Source: Pecten maximus
Taxonomy: Eukaryota
Direction of reading: 5' to 3'
Assembly (NCBI RefSeq): GCF_902652985.1
Contig: NC_047021.1
Coordinates: 41,106,001-41,170,000, forward strand
Length of the DNA stretch: 64,000 nucleotides
Shown here: positions 1 through 19,155 of the stretch, one piece after another
Numbering within the stretch: position 1 is the stretch's first letter
How the letters are laid out: each line of letters starts with the position of its first letter
Position numbers and translations under genes: made by a program
The notes under the pieces: generated by a model
The model's database searches: none
What the model saw: only the letters and a program-made list of their open reading frames with translations
What the model was told of the DNA's origin: nothing

Positions 1-439
1 CTACCTAATCCACATGCCATCCCTTCTTTTTGGCCATCATTTTACAATTTCTGATCTGTCTGAAATCCTGTTTGTGGGATTACAAAGTTATTTAGCTTAG
101 AATAGGCCGCTTAGAATGATACTTTGTCATAGTGATTTATATTTTGAACGATCAAGAGTTGGCACACCACCACCATTTTTTTGCCCCTGAAGCTAGGACT
201 CCCAACTATGCATCTTTTAGAAAGGCAGAAAGACCTACCATGCAAAACAAATGTTGCTAAAAAGTTTTCTGCCTGACAATCCCGTGTATTTAATTCTTGA
301 ATAGTCACAGTCCTGACACAGAAAAAAAGAAAAACTAAAAGTTTCTGTATGCAATAATAATTTTAGTTTCTTATAAAAGAAAGTTAATATCAGGGTTGTA
401 CAGATTATAGATAATTTATGTAAATCTTGTTGTGTTCAG

Positions 440-5620
<5,181 letters not shown>

Positions 5621-7218
5621 TTGACACTTGGACAAGAATATATTTATGTATAGTGCAAATTTTATCGTTATAATGTGTGTTTGCTTAAATGCAAATTCAG
5701 TGTAACTTTGTTAAGATTTCTGATCCCATATATGTAGAGGTAATATGAACTGAATTCCTCATTTCATTTTACTTGATTTCTACAAGATCTTTTTTTTTTT
5801 TTTTATGAAGCTAATTAAAGTTTAGCCCCTTTGTCGGCTTTATTTGGATCAGTTTGATAGAAACATCAATTTCATTTATATAAAAAAAAAAATCATACAC
5901 ATTGTTTTGTTCAGAGATGCATAAATCATTTCATTGTAAATAGATATTTTTAAAATGACCTACTTTATTTATCTGCAATATTGAACAAACTAGTTGTTAG
6001 TGGATATATGTATTGTAGTTATACGAGTGTTGTAAATACACAAAAACTCTTAGGATATTTAGTTTGTTTACCAATTTTATGTTTCACTGTACATATTCCG
6101 ACTCTTACTAGCAGTAAGCATGAAACATTTATAAAGTTTATGAACCATTGTCATATTGGTGAACTGGGAAATCTGGGTTCATTGCAGGTGTATTTAGACA
6201 ACATATGTTAGGAAAATATTCTATTTCTTGTGCTTAGTAATTTCTGAACTTTTCATCTTTGGTAAACATTTTCTTTGATTGTTTCATGGCTTTTTCGATT
6301 TTAAACAAGAATATGGCTAATTCTAAATCCAAAATGTCTGCCATAATCTTCGTTTGATTTTGTACAATGTAACATAGCAAAATTATAACCTGTTGGTAAT
6401 ATATTCAAACAAAATCTTTCAACCAGGAAAACTGTAAAAGAAATCTCTACCAGATCACCTTCAATTCCTAGAGCTCCTGTCTAAAAACTTGTCCGTATCA
6501 AAATAACCTAATTAAGACGAACTAATGAAGTATTGATGCGGAGAACATTAGATTTTCTTAAAATTTTCAGTCATAATTACTATTTGTCTGAGATGCAGTA
6601 TGTTTTTCAAAATAAATCTGATGAAAATAATGCACCTGAATATTCTATAACCTGGTTTACAGTTAAATGTCATGTTTCTGTTACTCTGTACAGCTGTGTT
6701 TTATCGGAGTTTTACACGTGTAGGTTTTATGTAGTAAGAGTGGGAACAATGTTGCTATATCTATTGTTTATCAACTACATCAGTGCGTGTTGTATTTGTT
6801 GTAATGTGGACGACTTCTTCGCAGACCAAGGATATCCACTGTGCTGATTAAATGTGACATCCTTGTAGCTTAAACTTTTGTCTCACAAAACCATATTGTC
6901 CTGAGTTATACTTGTAACACTGATTTGTACCAGATTATAGAGGGAAAAGATATTTTTGATACATCGTATCATAAACAAACCATTCGTATCATCATAATGT
7001 TTATTTCATGAATTGACATACAGAATAAGTTGCAGGAAATGTTTGGACAAGAACATGCAAATTTGGGGAGAAATCTATCGCGATGTAAGTTTAATATTGG
7101 GTATAATTATGTTACCAACATTTCTCTAATGAGCTATTTTGATTGGTTGCCTGGTTACTATGGTATCACTGCACTCTGTCAAAGCAGACTTGTTTAATTC
7201 TTTATCATGGTCATTGAT

Positions 7219-7224
7219 AATAAA
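7219..7224 (+). terminator. Putative SMC1 polyadenylation signal (3' UTR about 1.6 kb)
   Basis: AATAAA followed by a GT/T-rich tract (tttatttgtgttttgtttattt, about 7240-7261). Confidence 0.5.
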
Positions 7225-7385
7225 TTAATTTGTAAAAGTTTATTTGTGTTTTGTTTATTTCATTTCGTGGATTCAGTAGATGTAGTGGCTGTATGTAGAA
7301 GTCCTAATGAATATTTAGTCTGGAACACAGAAGTAGAATTCATTGGAGAAGTGTGAGCTCAGAAAATATAAATTTTGACTTGCCT

Positions 7386-8129
7386 TATTATCCCCTCGTG
7401 ACGAAAGTCGGGGAGGGGATATAGCGTTCCGTTCGTACGTAAGTACGTACGTATGTTCCCTTTTTGTCAGCGCTCTTGCGACTTCATTTTTGAACGGATT
7501 CTGACCAAACTTCATATATGGGTCCAGCATGGGAATACCTCGATCGAGTTCGTGTTTCAGGGTGCCAAGGTCAAGGTCACCGTTACTATTTATAGAAAAT
7601 CTTTGTCAGCGCTCTTGCGACTTCATTTTTGAACGGATCCTGACCAAACTTCATATATTGGTCCAGCATGGGAATACCTCGAACGAGTTCGTGTTTCAGG
7701 GGGTCAAGGCCAATGTCACCGTTACTATTTATAGAAAATCTTTGTCAGCGCTGTAATGCGACTTCATTTTTGAACGGATCCTGACCAAACTTCATATATG
7801 GGTCGAGCATGGCAATACCTCAAACAAGTTCGTGTTTCAGGGTGCCAAGGTTAAGGTGAAGGTCACCGTTACTATTTATAGAAAATCTTTGTCAGCGTTG
7901 TTGCGACTTCATTTTTAAATGGATCCTGACCGAACTTCATATATTGGTCCAGCATGGCAATACCTCGATAGCCCATGCCTGATAATAAGCCCATCCATGT
8001 CTATTGCAGTTCAGTGCAAATTACAACTGATGTTATTTCAATGTCCTGCAATAACCCCACCCCCCATTTTGCGTCAGAGTTCATGTGTTAGCACGCGAGG
8101 GGATTTGTATCGTTTGCGATGCCTTGTTT
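7386..8129 (+). mobile_element. Non-autonomous Helentron-associated (HINE/DINE-1-like) element with an internal ~139-bp tandem array
   Basis: 5' subTIR ATCCCCTCGTG (7390-7400) with a nearby inverted copy GGAGGGGAT, a (GTAC)n microsatellite, about 3.6 internal units (gtcag at 7466, 7605, 7744, 7891), 3' subTIR CGCGAGGGGAT (8094-8104), a terminal hairpin gtatcg-tttg-cgatgc and a T-rich target. Confidence 0.8.
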
Positions 8130-8553
8130 AAGAATTAACAACATATTCCATCATCTATCTGAGAGTGATGAAACAAGATATCTGTGAAGGTGAAATTCAC
8201 AAAAGACGGCTTAAATATCCATCACCAGCCAGAATGCTACTTCAATCCATGCGTTTTATTATATCCCAAATTTAATAGTAGAGGGATAATACTATATGTA
8301 TAGAAATTTATTTGTCGTTTAATCAATTTTCAAAAACTTTTACACAAAGTACACGCTGTGTTTCACGCGACAAGGTTCTAAACATGACAAGATTTTGATG
8401 GTTATTGGTTGGAGGCCAAGGGGTCGAAGACCGTTTCACTCTGGACCATTTGATATCAAGATACCATCATATAGCTTTCGGACATTAAAGCAAGCACTTT
8501 AGGAGGTCTGAAGGTTAATAGAGCCAGATTTGTCATGTGGAAACCTTTATGGA

Positions 8554-8682
8554 TGTAATAGCGAAGGCGAATTGCAATAAACCAGATGGGATTCAAAGTC
8601 AGGACCGCCAAACTTGTCTTGATGCCCCAACTTTCTGAGCTATCTGGCCATTTGCATTAAAAATAGTTGAGTTTCGCTACAC
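8554..8682 (-). mobile_element. Small degenerate element with tRNA-like interior and short inverted ends
   Basis: tagcgaa ... ttcgcta inverted ends enclosing degenerate A/B-box-like sequence on the minus strand. Confidence 0.35.
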
Positions 8683-9179
8683 AATACCAAAATGCTCCGA
8701 GAAGTTCCCAAGCTTAAAACATTCAGAAGCTCTCAAGCCTAACTGGAAGAGCTTGATAACAAGTGACAAACCAAGATGCCATGGACATAGTGATTGCTAT
8801 ATAGCATCTATTCAGGTGAAACAATAATTTGCTCACAGCTTTTAACTCAGGTTTTTCTTTTCCTGTCAAGTATTGTCAACAAGCTGTCTTCCTTGATTAA
8901 GTTTAGATACTGGTTTTCTATTCTCAAAAGAAAAAAAAGGAAACATGTACTCATTATTACTGATATTTAAACTAGACTCTGGCTAACATAGGAGTGAAAC
9001 TTGTAATTACAAAAAGTCCCCTGCAATTGCTTTTCTATGGTCAAACTTAAACTCAGAACTATTTCTCAAAATAAATATGTATATTTCCTTGTGGTACTAA
9101 CCAAAATGGTCGATCAGGGTCATAGGAGGACAGACGTTGAGGGGGACACCAACAGCCTTGGGCGGGTGACAAGGTAGAG

Positions 9180-9597
9180 ACAGACAGCCAGGGTCATATC
9201 ATAGGACAGGTGTCAAGCAGACCAAAACAACAAAGGTCATATGAGGACATGTCTCTAGGTAGACACCGACTGCCAAGGTCATGTGAGGACGGATGTCTAA
9301 GGAGACATAGAAAGCCAAAGTCATGTGAGGACGGATGTCTAAGGAGACAGAAAGCCAAGGTCATGTGAGGACGGATGTCTAGGGAGACACTAAAAGCCAA
9401 GGTCATGTGAGGATGGGTGTCTAGGGAGACACTGAAAGCTGACACCAAAAGCCAAGGTCATGCGAGGACGTGTGTCTAGGGAGACATCGAAAGCTGTCAT
9501 GTGACGACGGGTGTCTAGGGAGACACCCGACAGCCAAGGTCATGTGAGGAGGAGAATAAAGAAGGATACCAACAGCTGGGGTCATACGAGGACACCT
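9180..9597. repeat. Intergenic minisatellite, unit about 40 bp
   Basis: gccaaggtcatgtgaggacggatgtctagggagacac repeated about 10 times with decay. Confidence 0.85.
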
Positions 9598-9755
9598 TGG
9601 ATCACAGGTACTTGCCTTGTCTGCCCATACACCCCAATATATAATCCTTTATATTAATTGTATTTTACAGACCTGTGGTTTAATAAATATGGACTTTCTT
9701 CCATAAGAATTTGAGTATACAAAGACAAATACAAAAAAAATGTAGTATAATTTAA

Positions 9756-9761
9756 TTTATT
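9756..9761 (-). terminator. Putative IQUB polyadenylation signal
   Basis: AATAAA on the minus strand about 580 nt after the stop, followed on that strand by a T/GT-rich tract. Confidence 0.45.
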
Positions 9762-10339
9762 ATTATCATTATTCTTTCAACGGTGATAAGTTCAATATAT
9801 ATTTACAATTTACAACTGAAATATTTACATTCAAAATTCATATCACAGACATACATAATGACATCAAGGAACCTTAAATCCTCAGCAAGAAATTATCTTG
9901 GATGCAATCCGAACACTAGACTAGCCAAGAGAATCCTCGCTTCGAGGTTTTTAGAATCCTGTGCCAATAGGAAAAATTCATCACAGTGCTTTAACTTGCT
10001 ATAAAATATAACTGGTACTATTTCATCTTTTTGAAATTTTACATTTTCCTTAATTTTCATGTGAATTAATGACCTACAGGTAAAATTTGTACACTTGGCT
10101 TTTTAAAGTTGCACTGTATTTCTTATTTGGTTGCCAAATGTTGTTTTCCTGACAGGAATATAATTAAATATACAATCTTTAAAAAAAGTATATTGTATAT
10201 TTTGATAATTTCCACAAAAAACTGTTCTTCATGTGGGTTTTTTCTTGCACAATTTCACATGATTTTGAAGGGGGGAAATCGTTTAAAAAAAGCAGTTTTT
10301 GTTGAAATTTGGGATCCCAATATAGCCAATTGACATGTA

Positions 10340-13300
10340 TTATGCCCGCTGCTGTACTGGAAGTTGCTGGCCAGCTATCGTGGGTCCTGAAGGCATTGAT
10401 CGTTCATTGGCACGGATTCGAATGTGTTCAGCCATTCCTGGGAGTCTGGAGAAGTAGTTCCTAGCCAAGGTATGTTTCTGTTGAACTTTATGTATGAATA
10501 CAGAACCGTATCCCTGGAAACGAAAAATAATCATATCTATTAGATGTGTTTACCTTGGCAACTGAATTTCAAAAATAATAAAATCTGTAATATTTAAAAA
10601 AAAATAATAAGATGGAATGTCTTTCTCAATGGACAGAGCAATATAATTTATCTCCTAGCTATAGGCCTGTTCTATCCTGTTATACAGCAATATCATAAAT
10701 ATCGTAAGACTTGTACTTGGAAATAATACTATAAAATTATTTTTTCTATATTTGGCTGAAATTTGTTTCATGGCATCCTGTTAAAATCAATATCGACCTC
10801 ATGTGCTAAAGAAGCTAATTGACTGGGTGTTTCAAAAATAGATTACATGGTATGAGTTACTTCCCCTTGGCATTGTCAGCCCTGCATATTATTACAACAG
10901 AGACTTCTTCAGACAAGCAATGTCTTTGAAAGTTTTAGAATGGTTATAATTATTGTAGTGAATATTATATCAGAACATTTTTGAACATTTGCTAAAACCT
11001 TGAATCAACAACACATCGTGCATATGATACATTGTGTTAATTATTAAATATATAACATAGTAACACAAATGATTTTATGACTCATGCCTTGACCGGCATC
11101 AAACCCACGACCATTATCAATATTGATATATAATATAGAACTACTAAAAAATATTCAAAAAGGATTCGAGGCTGACCAGTATATCTAAATCACCAGAACA
11201 ACATGGGGACACTTATTGTCTGAATGGCCATACCAGGACACGGAATGGAACAAGTTCTGATGAAAAATTCTCAAAATTGTGATATGAAATGGCTGCCATA
11301 CCTCTTCTAAATTAACTAATTTATCATGTGCAGATGCTTCGTCCTTGGTCAGCAGGATACAATTCCAGGGAGACCACTCCTGATGTTTGTCCCAGCGGAC
11401 CAGTACAAGGTCGTAAAGGTCCTCCCAAGCACTCAGTATGCTTTGACTGTTCCAGATCTTCTCCACAAGGTAGCGCAAATCTTGTTCCTACAAAATAATA
11501 ATCGTAATATGTCAGAATTCAATTGGCAGAGATTATATAATTAATGGTCAGGGCGATTTTCAAGGAATATAATTTAATTGACAGATTCTTTTTCAGTTAT
11601 ATAATTTAATGAGCAGGGTGATTTTCACTGATATGATTTAATTGGCAGGTTGATTCTCAAGGAATATAATTTAATGGGCAGATTCTTTTTCAGTTATATA
11701 ATTTAATGGACAGATTCTTTTACAGTTATATAAGTTAATGGGCAGGGTGATTTTCAGTTATAGTTTAAGGGCAGGGTGAATTTCAGTTTCATAATTTAAT
11801 GGACAGGATATTTTTCAGTCATAGTTTAATGGGTAGATGCTATTCAATTCTATAATTTAATGGGATTTGAGCTTGTCTATGTATTAACCCAGATATAAAC
11901 AGGCAAATACTGCAGTCATTCACCATACCTGCAGAAGGAAGGCAATTTTGGAGTCATCCCCGTACATCTCCTCTGCTTTTCTAAGGACTTTGAGCATGTA
12001 CTGGTAGGTGCTGATGTCCTGGCGTGTTCGAGCATCATTGTCAACCTTAGAACACTTGCGACATTTGCCCACAGTACGGGAATTGGACGACAGGGCAAAT
12101 TCCGTGGAGGGTAGATATTGGTTACAACTTGGACAGAAATAGATGTTCTTTCGCAAGCTTGATGGATCTTGTGGCACCTGGACATGATAAAAGGTCAAGG
12201 TCAATCATCAAAATTTTTAATAAATTAAAGAAACTCAAGTTTTATTAATGTGACTTTTTTTTTCACTTCCATTTCTCAAGAAACACATTTAATGGAATTA
12301 ATAAGTTTTACTGCTTTTCTTCTCGAAAAACACATGATGTTTTTTCAACATTATTTCAAAATACATTTTGTTTTTTTTTCAGGATTGAAAAATTCTCTTG
12401 CTCTCTCTCTCTCTTGTATTAAAGAAACATATAGATTTGTTGATTTTGTTTTTAGATTTGAGAAAAAAATTATGTATGTATTCAATGTTGTTTTTTTTCC
12501 CAAAATGTCCAATAATATCAGCCATAATATTTTCTAATATTTATATAAACAAGTATATCATTTGGTTTTGCTGAGGTAAGCTACAGAGCATATTTACCTT
12601 GAGTAATTTGGCTGCCTCTGGATTAAAGGTCGGAGTTTTAATGTATTGAAGGAACAAAGTTGAGATGCGTTTACGTAGCCCATCCAAGTTGGACTCCTTG
12701 ACCCCTCTCATTAGAAGGTCAGCCTCTCGATCTATCAGCTCGATTACCTCCTGGGTCAACTTGCAGTCATGTTCCTGTGGGATGTAAATTTGAAAAGAAA
12801 AGCTCTTGGATTTTTTCTAATATTTCCAAAAGAGAATTTTTTTTTTTTTTGTACCAAATTGTCAGAAGCTGTAAAAGTTTTATAATTCAAAAATAAAATG
12901 TTAAAAATATAAGCAGAATTTAAAACTGAAAACAAAAAGCAAAATGTTTTTTTCTTCTGAAGATTAGAATGCATTGTTATGATGTTGAAAACAGGAACTT
13001 TAGGTACATGTGCTGTGTATGATAGTAACTCACTGGTATATATATATATATTGATTAATCAATTAATTAAGTAATTAATTAAGTTACCTACATAAAATGT
13101 GTGATGGGTCAAAAAACATATGCTTAACAGTGAAAGTGGTTTATATTAAAAGTTCCTAACAAGCTTTTCCACGGTCTCTAGTTAATTTTGTACAAAACTT
13201 TTTTATCTTTATTTAGGCAGTAATAGTTTTTAATTTGATGAAGGAACGTTTTAATTGTAGAGAACACGAAAATAATATGTTCCATAATTCAAAGAAGAAA

Positions 13301-16300
13301 ATGCAGAAAGTAAGCAATAATTATGTAAAACACACACAGATTCAATGTCTTTACCTTGACTGTGTGTTTAAGGGTGAGCAGCACATCGAGGCGTTCGTCC
13401 TGTGTAAGATATTTCATGTTGATACTGTTATAGATATCCTGAAGCTCTTTTGCCCTGATTGTGTAGGGAGTGTCCATTTCGGTTACTTTTCCATCAAATC
13501 CTTTCCATTTCTTAGGTGACGCAGCCTTTAAAAAGTATAGAGAGAAAGAAAAAATCAACTCTTGATTTGAAAAGTATGTTCTAAACTGAAGTAAGGAATA
13601 GTTACAATTCATTTTGAGGTGGGTCTCCTTGTAGTAGTTGGTGAATACCTCACTGAACAACATAAGGGAGACCCGTCGCATACCATCCAGAATAATTTGA
13701 GTAAAAAATTTTCCCAAAAAAACACTCAAACACGGTAGCCGGCGCTCTAACCGACTGAGCTTTCACGGCCCCTTATTTCATTATACAGAATTGTTAAGTT
13801 GAGTAAAAGAATAAAAATATCTATATCACATTCAACTTTTTTAACCATGTTATGCAATTCAACAAGAATCCACTCAATATTGAATGTATTAATGTTATAC
13901 TTGAAATGCGGTTTAAAATATATGAGGACTGAAAATTATATATATGTTTCACATAAAATAAAGTCTAATATACGAGAATGTTCAAGATCCAAAGAAACTT
14001 GAAAATTTTAGAAGCAACGAAACTTTTCTTTCTTCACCTTCTTGAGAAACTGTTGTATCCTCTTATCCTTGTTTTCTACATCTGCCTCAAGTTTATGTCT
14101 ACCAATGGCGGATATGAGTTGGGTTTCCTGGTCAAGCAACATACAAAGTGCAGCTTTCCTTTCTGCGTCATCCATCGTATGATTAATTCGCTCCAACTCT
14201 TCTTGTCGCCATTTTTCTAAAGCATGATATAGCAGGTCGAAATCCTCTTTTGTCTTTGGATTCATTCTTCTCTCAAATTCTTTCTTGATTCTTTCCTCTT
14301 TCTCCTTACGTTTCCTAATTTCTTCCTGTCTTTCCCATTCCATCCTTTGTTGTTTGTCCATCTTCAGTTTCTGAACATATCTTTTGGCTAGCCATCGGCG
14401 GTAGTATTTTTGTATGATGATTACCTAAAACAAAAATGTACATCAATAAGCTGAATGATTAAGCTGAGTAAAAACTATTACATCTTCAAACTATATATAT
14501 GTATACCAATTTTTTTATGCGAATTTCAAATTGTTTTTTTTTTTTTTTAAAGTTTTCTCTTCATCAAATAAATTATCTGTTTCTTTATTCAGTCATTCTG
14601 TTTTCAGAATAACCATTCTGGTTGAGAAAGAAAATAAAAAGAAACAAAATTATAACTTTTTAATTTTCAGTTAGAATAAATAATTTCGAATTTTATTTTT
14701 AAAATTATTTTTTGTATTTTTTTTTCTTCAGAAAATTAAGAAACATCACTGTAAAATAAAACAATACCTGATGAAGCATCATGTCAAGGTGGTCGTCTGC
14801 CGTGGTGTATTTGCCAGGCTTGACCAATTTGTCTGACAGGTTAGCCACGTAGACACCAATCTTCGTCATCTGTGTGGATGTGTCGTTTTTCGTCTGCTGT
14901 AAGTGATGACGCTGTTCCACGGTCTGTGTATCACGACAGTACTTGAGCATGTTGGACGGAGCTGGTTGTTTTCTCACAGTTTGGGCTGATGCATGATGGA
15001 ACTCGATTCCAGTCTTCTTATGTCTGTAACCGCCTAAATATGGCTTTTTTCTCGTGGTTCTTTCTATCTCAACTACAACATCTTTTGATGTTTCATCATC
15101 TAAAAAAGGAACATTATGCAATATTAGAAATATTAGAAAACATTTCATTGGACAAAATACCATGATAAAAATCAACATGTTGTGACTTCGGTGATCGGAC
15201 GAGAACCAGTGTTTTCAACATGATATGGCCGTAGATATTAGACAACTAAAGCTAAGTATCTAGCAATTTTTTTAACCAGTATCATAACTGGTTCAAACAA
15301 ACACAATTATGCTGTACCATAACTGGTTCAAACAAACACAATTATGCTGTACCATGTCTGGTTCAAACAAACACAATTATGCTGTACCATGACTGGTTCA
15401 AACAAACACAATTATGCTGTACCATGTCTGGTTCAAACAAGCACAATTATGCTGTACCATGACTGGTTCAAACAAACACAATTATGCTGTACCATAACTG
15501 GTTTAAACAAACACAATTATGCTGTACCATGTCTGGTTCAAACACAATTATGCTGTACCGTAACTAGTTCAAAGAAAATTATGCTGTACCGCAACTGGTT
15601 CAAACAATCACAATTATGCTGTACCATAACTGGTTCAAACACAATTATGCTGTACTGTACCTGGTTCAAACAATCACAATTATGCTGTACCATAACTGGT
15701 TCAAACACAATTATGCTGTACTGTACCTGGTTCAAACAATCACAATTATGCTGTACCTTAACTGGTTCAAACAAACACAATTTAGCTGTACTATTACTGG
15801 TTCAAATAAACACAATTATGCTGTACCATAACTGTACCATAACAGGTTCACTATTTTATACTCCACACACTATTTTATTTATGTACCTGTCTGTACACGG
15901 ACTGTGATGACGTCAGGCATATGATACTCCTGACGAGGACGATATGATTTGATGGGCGTATTGACTGGATCGGACGACTGCATCTCTAGTTGTATAGTTC
16001 CGTTTGGCCCCACTCCCAGATCGGCCAGTGTTTTAGTCTCCTCCATATTGTTGCCTGCATGGGACATTCATATTCACTCATTTTGAAATTACATTGTTAA
16101 TTTTCATTTATGTATTTTTTTCTCTTATTTATATCATATTCAATATACATGTAATTATGAGCCAATGTAAGCGTCTTTTTGTTTTTGTTTAAGATATCTT
16201 ATATTTTCTAGGTTTTCTGTACATTTACTTAAGAAAAAAAATAAAATTGTTTCAACAGAAAAAAATTTGTTTAAAAAAGACTTTGATTTTTGTTATCTCA

Positions 16301-18813
16301 ACAAACATTATGTAATATCATAAAGACTTTCGCAAAAAAATGAATTTAATAGATAGATTAATTTTACCCATTGTGTCATAAAAAATTAGTATATAATTAT
16401 ATACAAATATGATGAGAATTTGAAATGCAATTCCAGTTTAGATCAAACTGGCTCATACAGTATTCAGAAACGTGTTGCTATTACCTGCAAACATAAGCAT
16501 AATGAGGTTGATAGGCATCTTAAGTTCCGCAGCAAAGTGTGCCTTGAGTTGGGCGAGTGACTGTCCGAGTGTGCAGGCTAGGGTTACAACTTGACCACTC
16601 GGCATCAAAACAAACTTCACTGAAACCAAAAAAAAATGCGTATATTATTACTGCAAACATTAAAATCAGATATATTCCTATAGTCTTGTTAGCATAGAAA
16701 GAAAACAATTGAATGGAAGTATTCAAATTATATATATACGGTAAACCTCTGGTTGGTTCGAACAAAATAAAATAAATATTGACGAACCTGTTCGATTTAT
16801 TCGAAATTATGCTTCAGAAAATAAGCACGAGTTCGAACTATCCGTATATACAGGATGCACAGAGTTTCAAAAATTCTTAGAAATATATACTATGTGGCCT
16901 GGAAACGCCAGAATCCTAACATGAGGTTTTGCAAAACATTAACTCTGTAAGAAAAAATTCTTGATAAATTCAATTTGGGCCTTGAAAAGGCCAACCACAA
17001 TTTATGGTTTGATCAAATCTATATGCACCCTGATTTATGCCTTCAATTCAGAATAGATGTGTGGATATACATAAAAAAGTCACACAAAAATAATGGTACC
17101 TGTTGCTGTAGCTTGTAAGTTGGCAGTGGTCCTAAGAGGAGCTGTATCCTGTACCGGTTGTGATGGCGTTGGTTGTGGTTCAGGTCTCGGAGAATTTGGA
17201 TCGTCTTTCTGACTTGCGGCGTTTATCTGTTCCACAGGCGCCTCCTCTTCTTGCTGAGTTGGGGCCGGGGCTTCTTCTTGTTGGACAGGCGCAGGTTCCT
17301 GTTCCGGCGCTGGGACTTCCTCTGCCTGGGTAGGTTCTGCTGCAGATTCCTCTGCAGTAGTTTCCTGTTGAGCCTCTTGTGTTGTTGCTTCTCCCTCAAC
17401 TGGAGCCTCACCTTCCTTCTGTTCTTCCTGGGCAGCATCACCCTCTACAGGAGCCTCAACAGTCTCCCCTTCCTTCTGTTCAGTTTCTGCTGTCGGATTT
17501 TCTTCATCCTTCTTTTCTTCAGTTACTTCTGTCTTTTCCGCCTGAGTGTCTGTAGGTGCTGTTGTCTCTCCTTCTGCTTGCTCTGTAGTTTGTTCTGTGG
17601 GCTTTTCTTCAGCTGAAAATTAAGGAGTAGATTAGTTAATGAAGAAATAACAATATTTTATATGGTGATGTATATCTGGGATGAATTGGCCACAAAAGAA
17701 ATAAAAATACAATTTAAATACAATTGTACAATTTTATTTTTATTTTTCCATATTTAAATGAAAAATTCTGCTGGCCCAAATTATTATTTTATAACCCTTA
17801 GGTAAACATTGAAAGTGTTACCCATTTGTTAGCACAGTGACATATAATTTGATAGTCTTGGACTCGTACTATAAATTACATTCTTGTGAAATGGATTTTG
17901 TGATCATTAACAAAAATTCAAGATAATTTCACACATGATAATTCATGTTATGCTAATTTTGATCTCAAACTATCATTTCATGATATAGTTATTGGAAGAT
18001 GGAATCGTTTTAAAATGAAATTTTTAATCCCAAGATTTCACAATGTAACTGCCCTACAAAAATAAGTTGTTAGGGACAGGGTCATCAAGCCATTAAGTGC
18101 ACAGAGGCATCACAAACATTTCCAACCCGTAATCCATATATCATAATTATATGTATACATACATCATAGGTCCTAATGCTGGGAATTGGTTTGAAAACCA
18201 ATCAATTATTAATTAAATGTAATTTACTGATTACTGAATATGTAATTGGTTAGTCAGTCACATCATGTAGGATCACAGGTCCTAGCCTCGTCTGTCAATA
18301 CACCCAATATGACTTGTGTCTAGGATTTTCTCACATCATTGTAATGGTATATATGTTGCCGAGTTTTCTTTAATTTTTATTCTCTTGATTTAATTAATTT
18401 TGAATAACAGCTTTTAAATAAACTTTCCTAAAAATCAACAAAGCACACTTTATTGGCCTCATCCAGTTAACTAAAATTACTGAATTCAACTGACCGCTTA
18501 TAACCGAGAATCATCAGAACACTAATAGTATATGGGTTGTATCAAGAGGGAAAATAATATCATGCTGCCTCTTACCGCAAGCTGAGCTCTTTCCTTGTAG
18601 TGACAACAGAAAAGAAATATTTGTACGGAAAAAATGACAATGTCACAGCACAAACAATAGCATATCAATATGCTTACATTGTGTCTCAGCTGGGGGTGCA
18701 TCAGCAGGAGTGGCATCTGGCGGAGTTTGTTCCTGAGTAGGTTCCGCTGGCGCCCCACCCTCTTCTGGGTTGTCTGCCGGCGGGGGAGTAGGAGCAGCCT
18801 CTTGATCTGCCAT
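10340..18813 (-). CDS. IQUB: IQ motif and ubiquitin-like domain-containing protein (radial spoke component), about 875 aa
   Basis: Minus-strand exons 18813-18678, 17612-17100, 16619-16485, 16054-15887, 15099-14768, 14424-14038, 13525-13355, 12774-12598, 12177-11929, 11487-11302, 10513-10340 (TAA); phases join, total 2628 nt. Ubiquitin-like segment [51 protein letters not shown] motif [38 protein letters not shown] and [14 protein letters not shown]. Confidence 0.93.
11520..11865. repeat. Degenerate ~30-bp minisatellite in an IQUB intron
   Basis: Recurrent tataatttaatgggcag(a/g)...ttttcagt units. Confidence 0.75.
13612..13771 (-). mobile_element. tRNA-derived SINE fragment, same family as 26187-26480
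   Basis: Reverse complement of the GGGGCCGTG...AGCTCAGTCGGTTAGAGCGCC head and of the caccaactactacaaggagaccc 3' region. Confidence 0.7.
15284..15845. repeat. ~34-bp minisatellite in an IQUB intron
   Basis: actggttcaaacaaacacaattatgctgtaccat, about 17 copies; accounts for the spurious ORFs at 15344-15907. Confidence 0.92.
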
Positions 18814-19155
18814 GATTTGGTCTTAAGAAGAAAAAAAAATGTCCTCGAATGTAGTTTCACATACATTTGTAGATACAATATTTACAAATATTGCGAGTTC
18901 ACTTCACAAAGCGTATTATTGATATTTCAAATCAAGTAATCGATACGACTTTATCAAATTCAACCATCCACCATATTTTGGATGGATCAAAACTGTGTGA
19001 TGAAGCAACCGTTTCGTTATGAAAATAATGCTATCTCGCGGCTGTTTAGGCCTTCGTGACGGTCGATCAAAGTCAATTGTGTATCAATATATTAAGTCTT
19101 TAACATGCAACATTAACGATGTATATATTTTGTGCAAATTCAGTTTTTCTAGCAT

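Noticed and set aside
5981-6847. ORFs 5981-6211 and 6533-6847
   Set aside because: Lie in the AT-rich presumed SMC1 3' UTR, start at non-ATG codons and show no recognisable protein features.
15344-15907. 187-aa Cys-rich ORF and overlapping ORFs
   Set aside because: Translation of a ~34-bp minisatellite in an IQUB intron.
17173-17616. 147-aa hydrophobic Cys/Leu/Phe-rich plus-strand ORF
   Set aside because: Antisense shadow of the Glu-rich IQUB exon 17612-17100.
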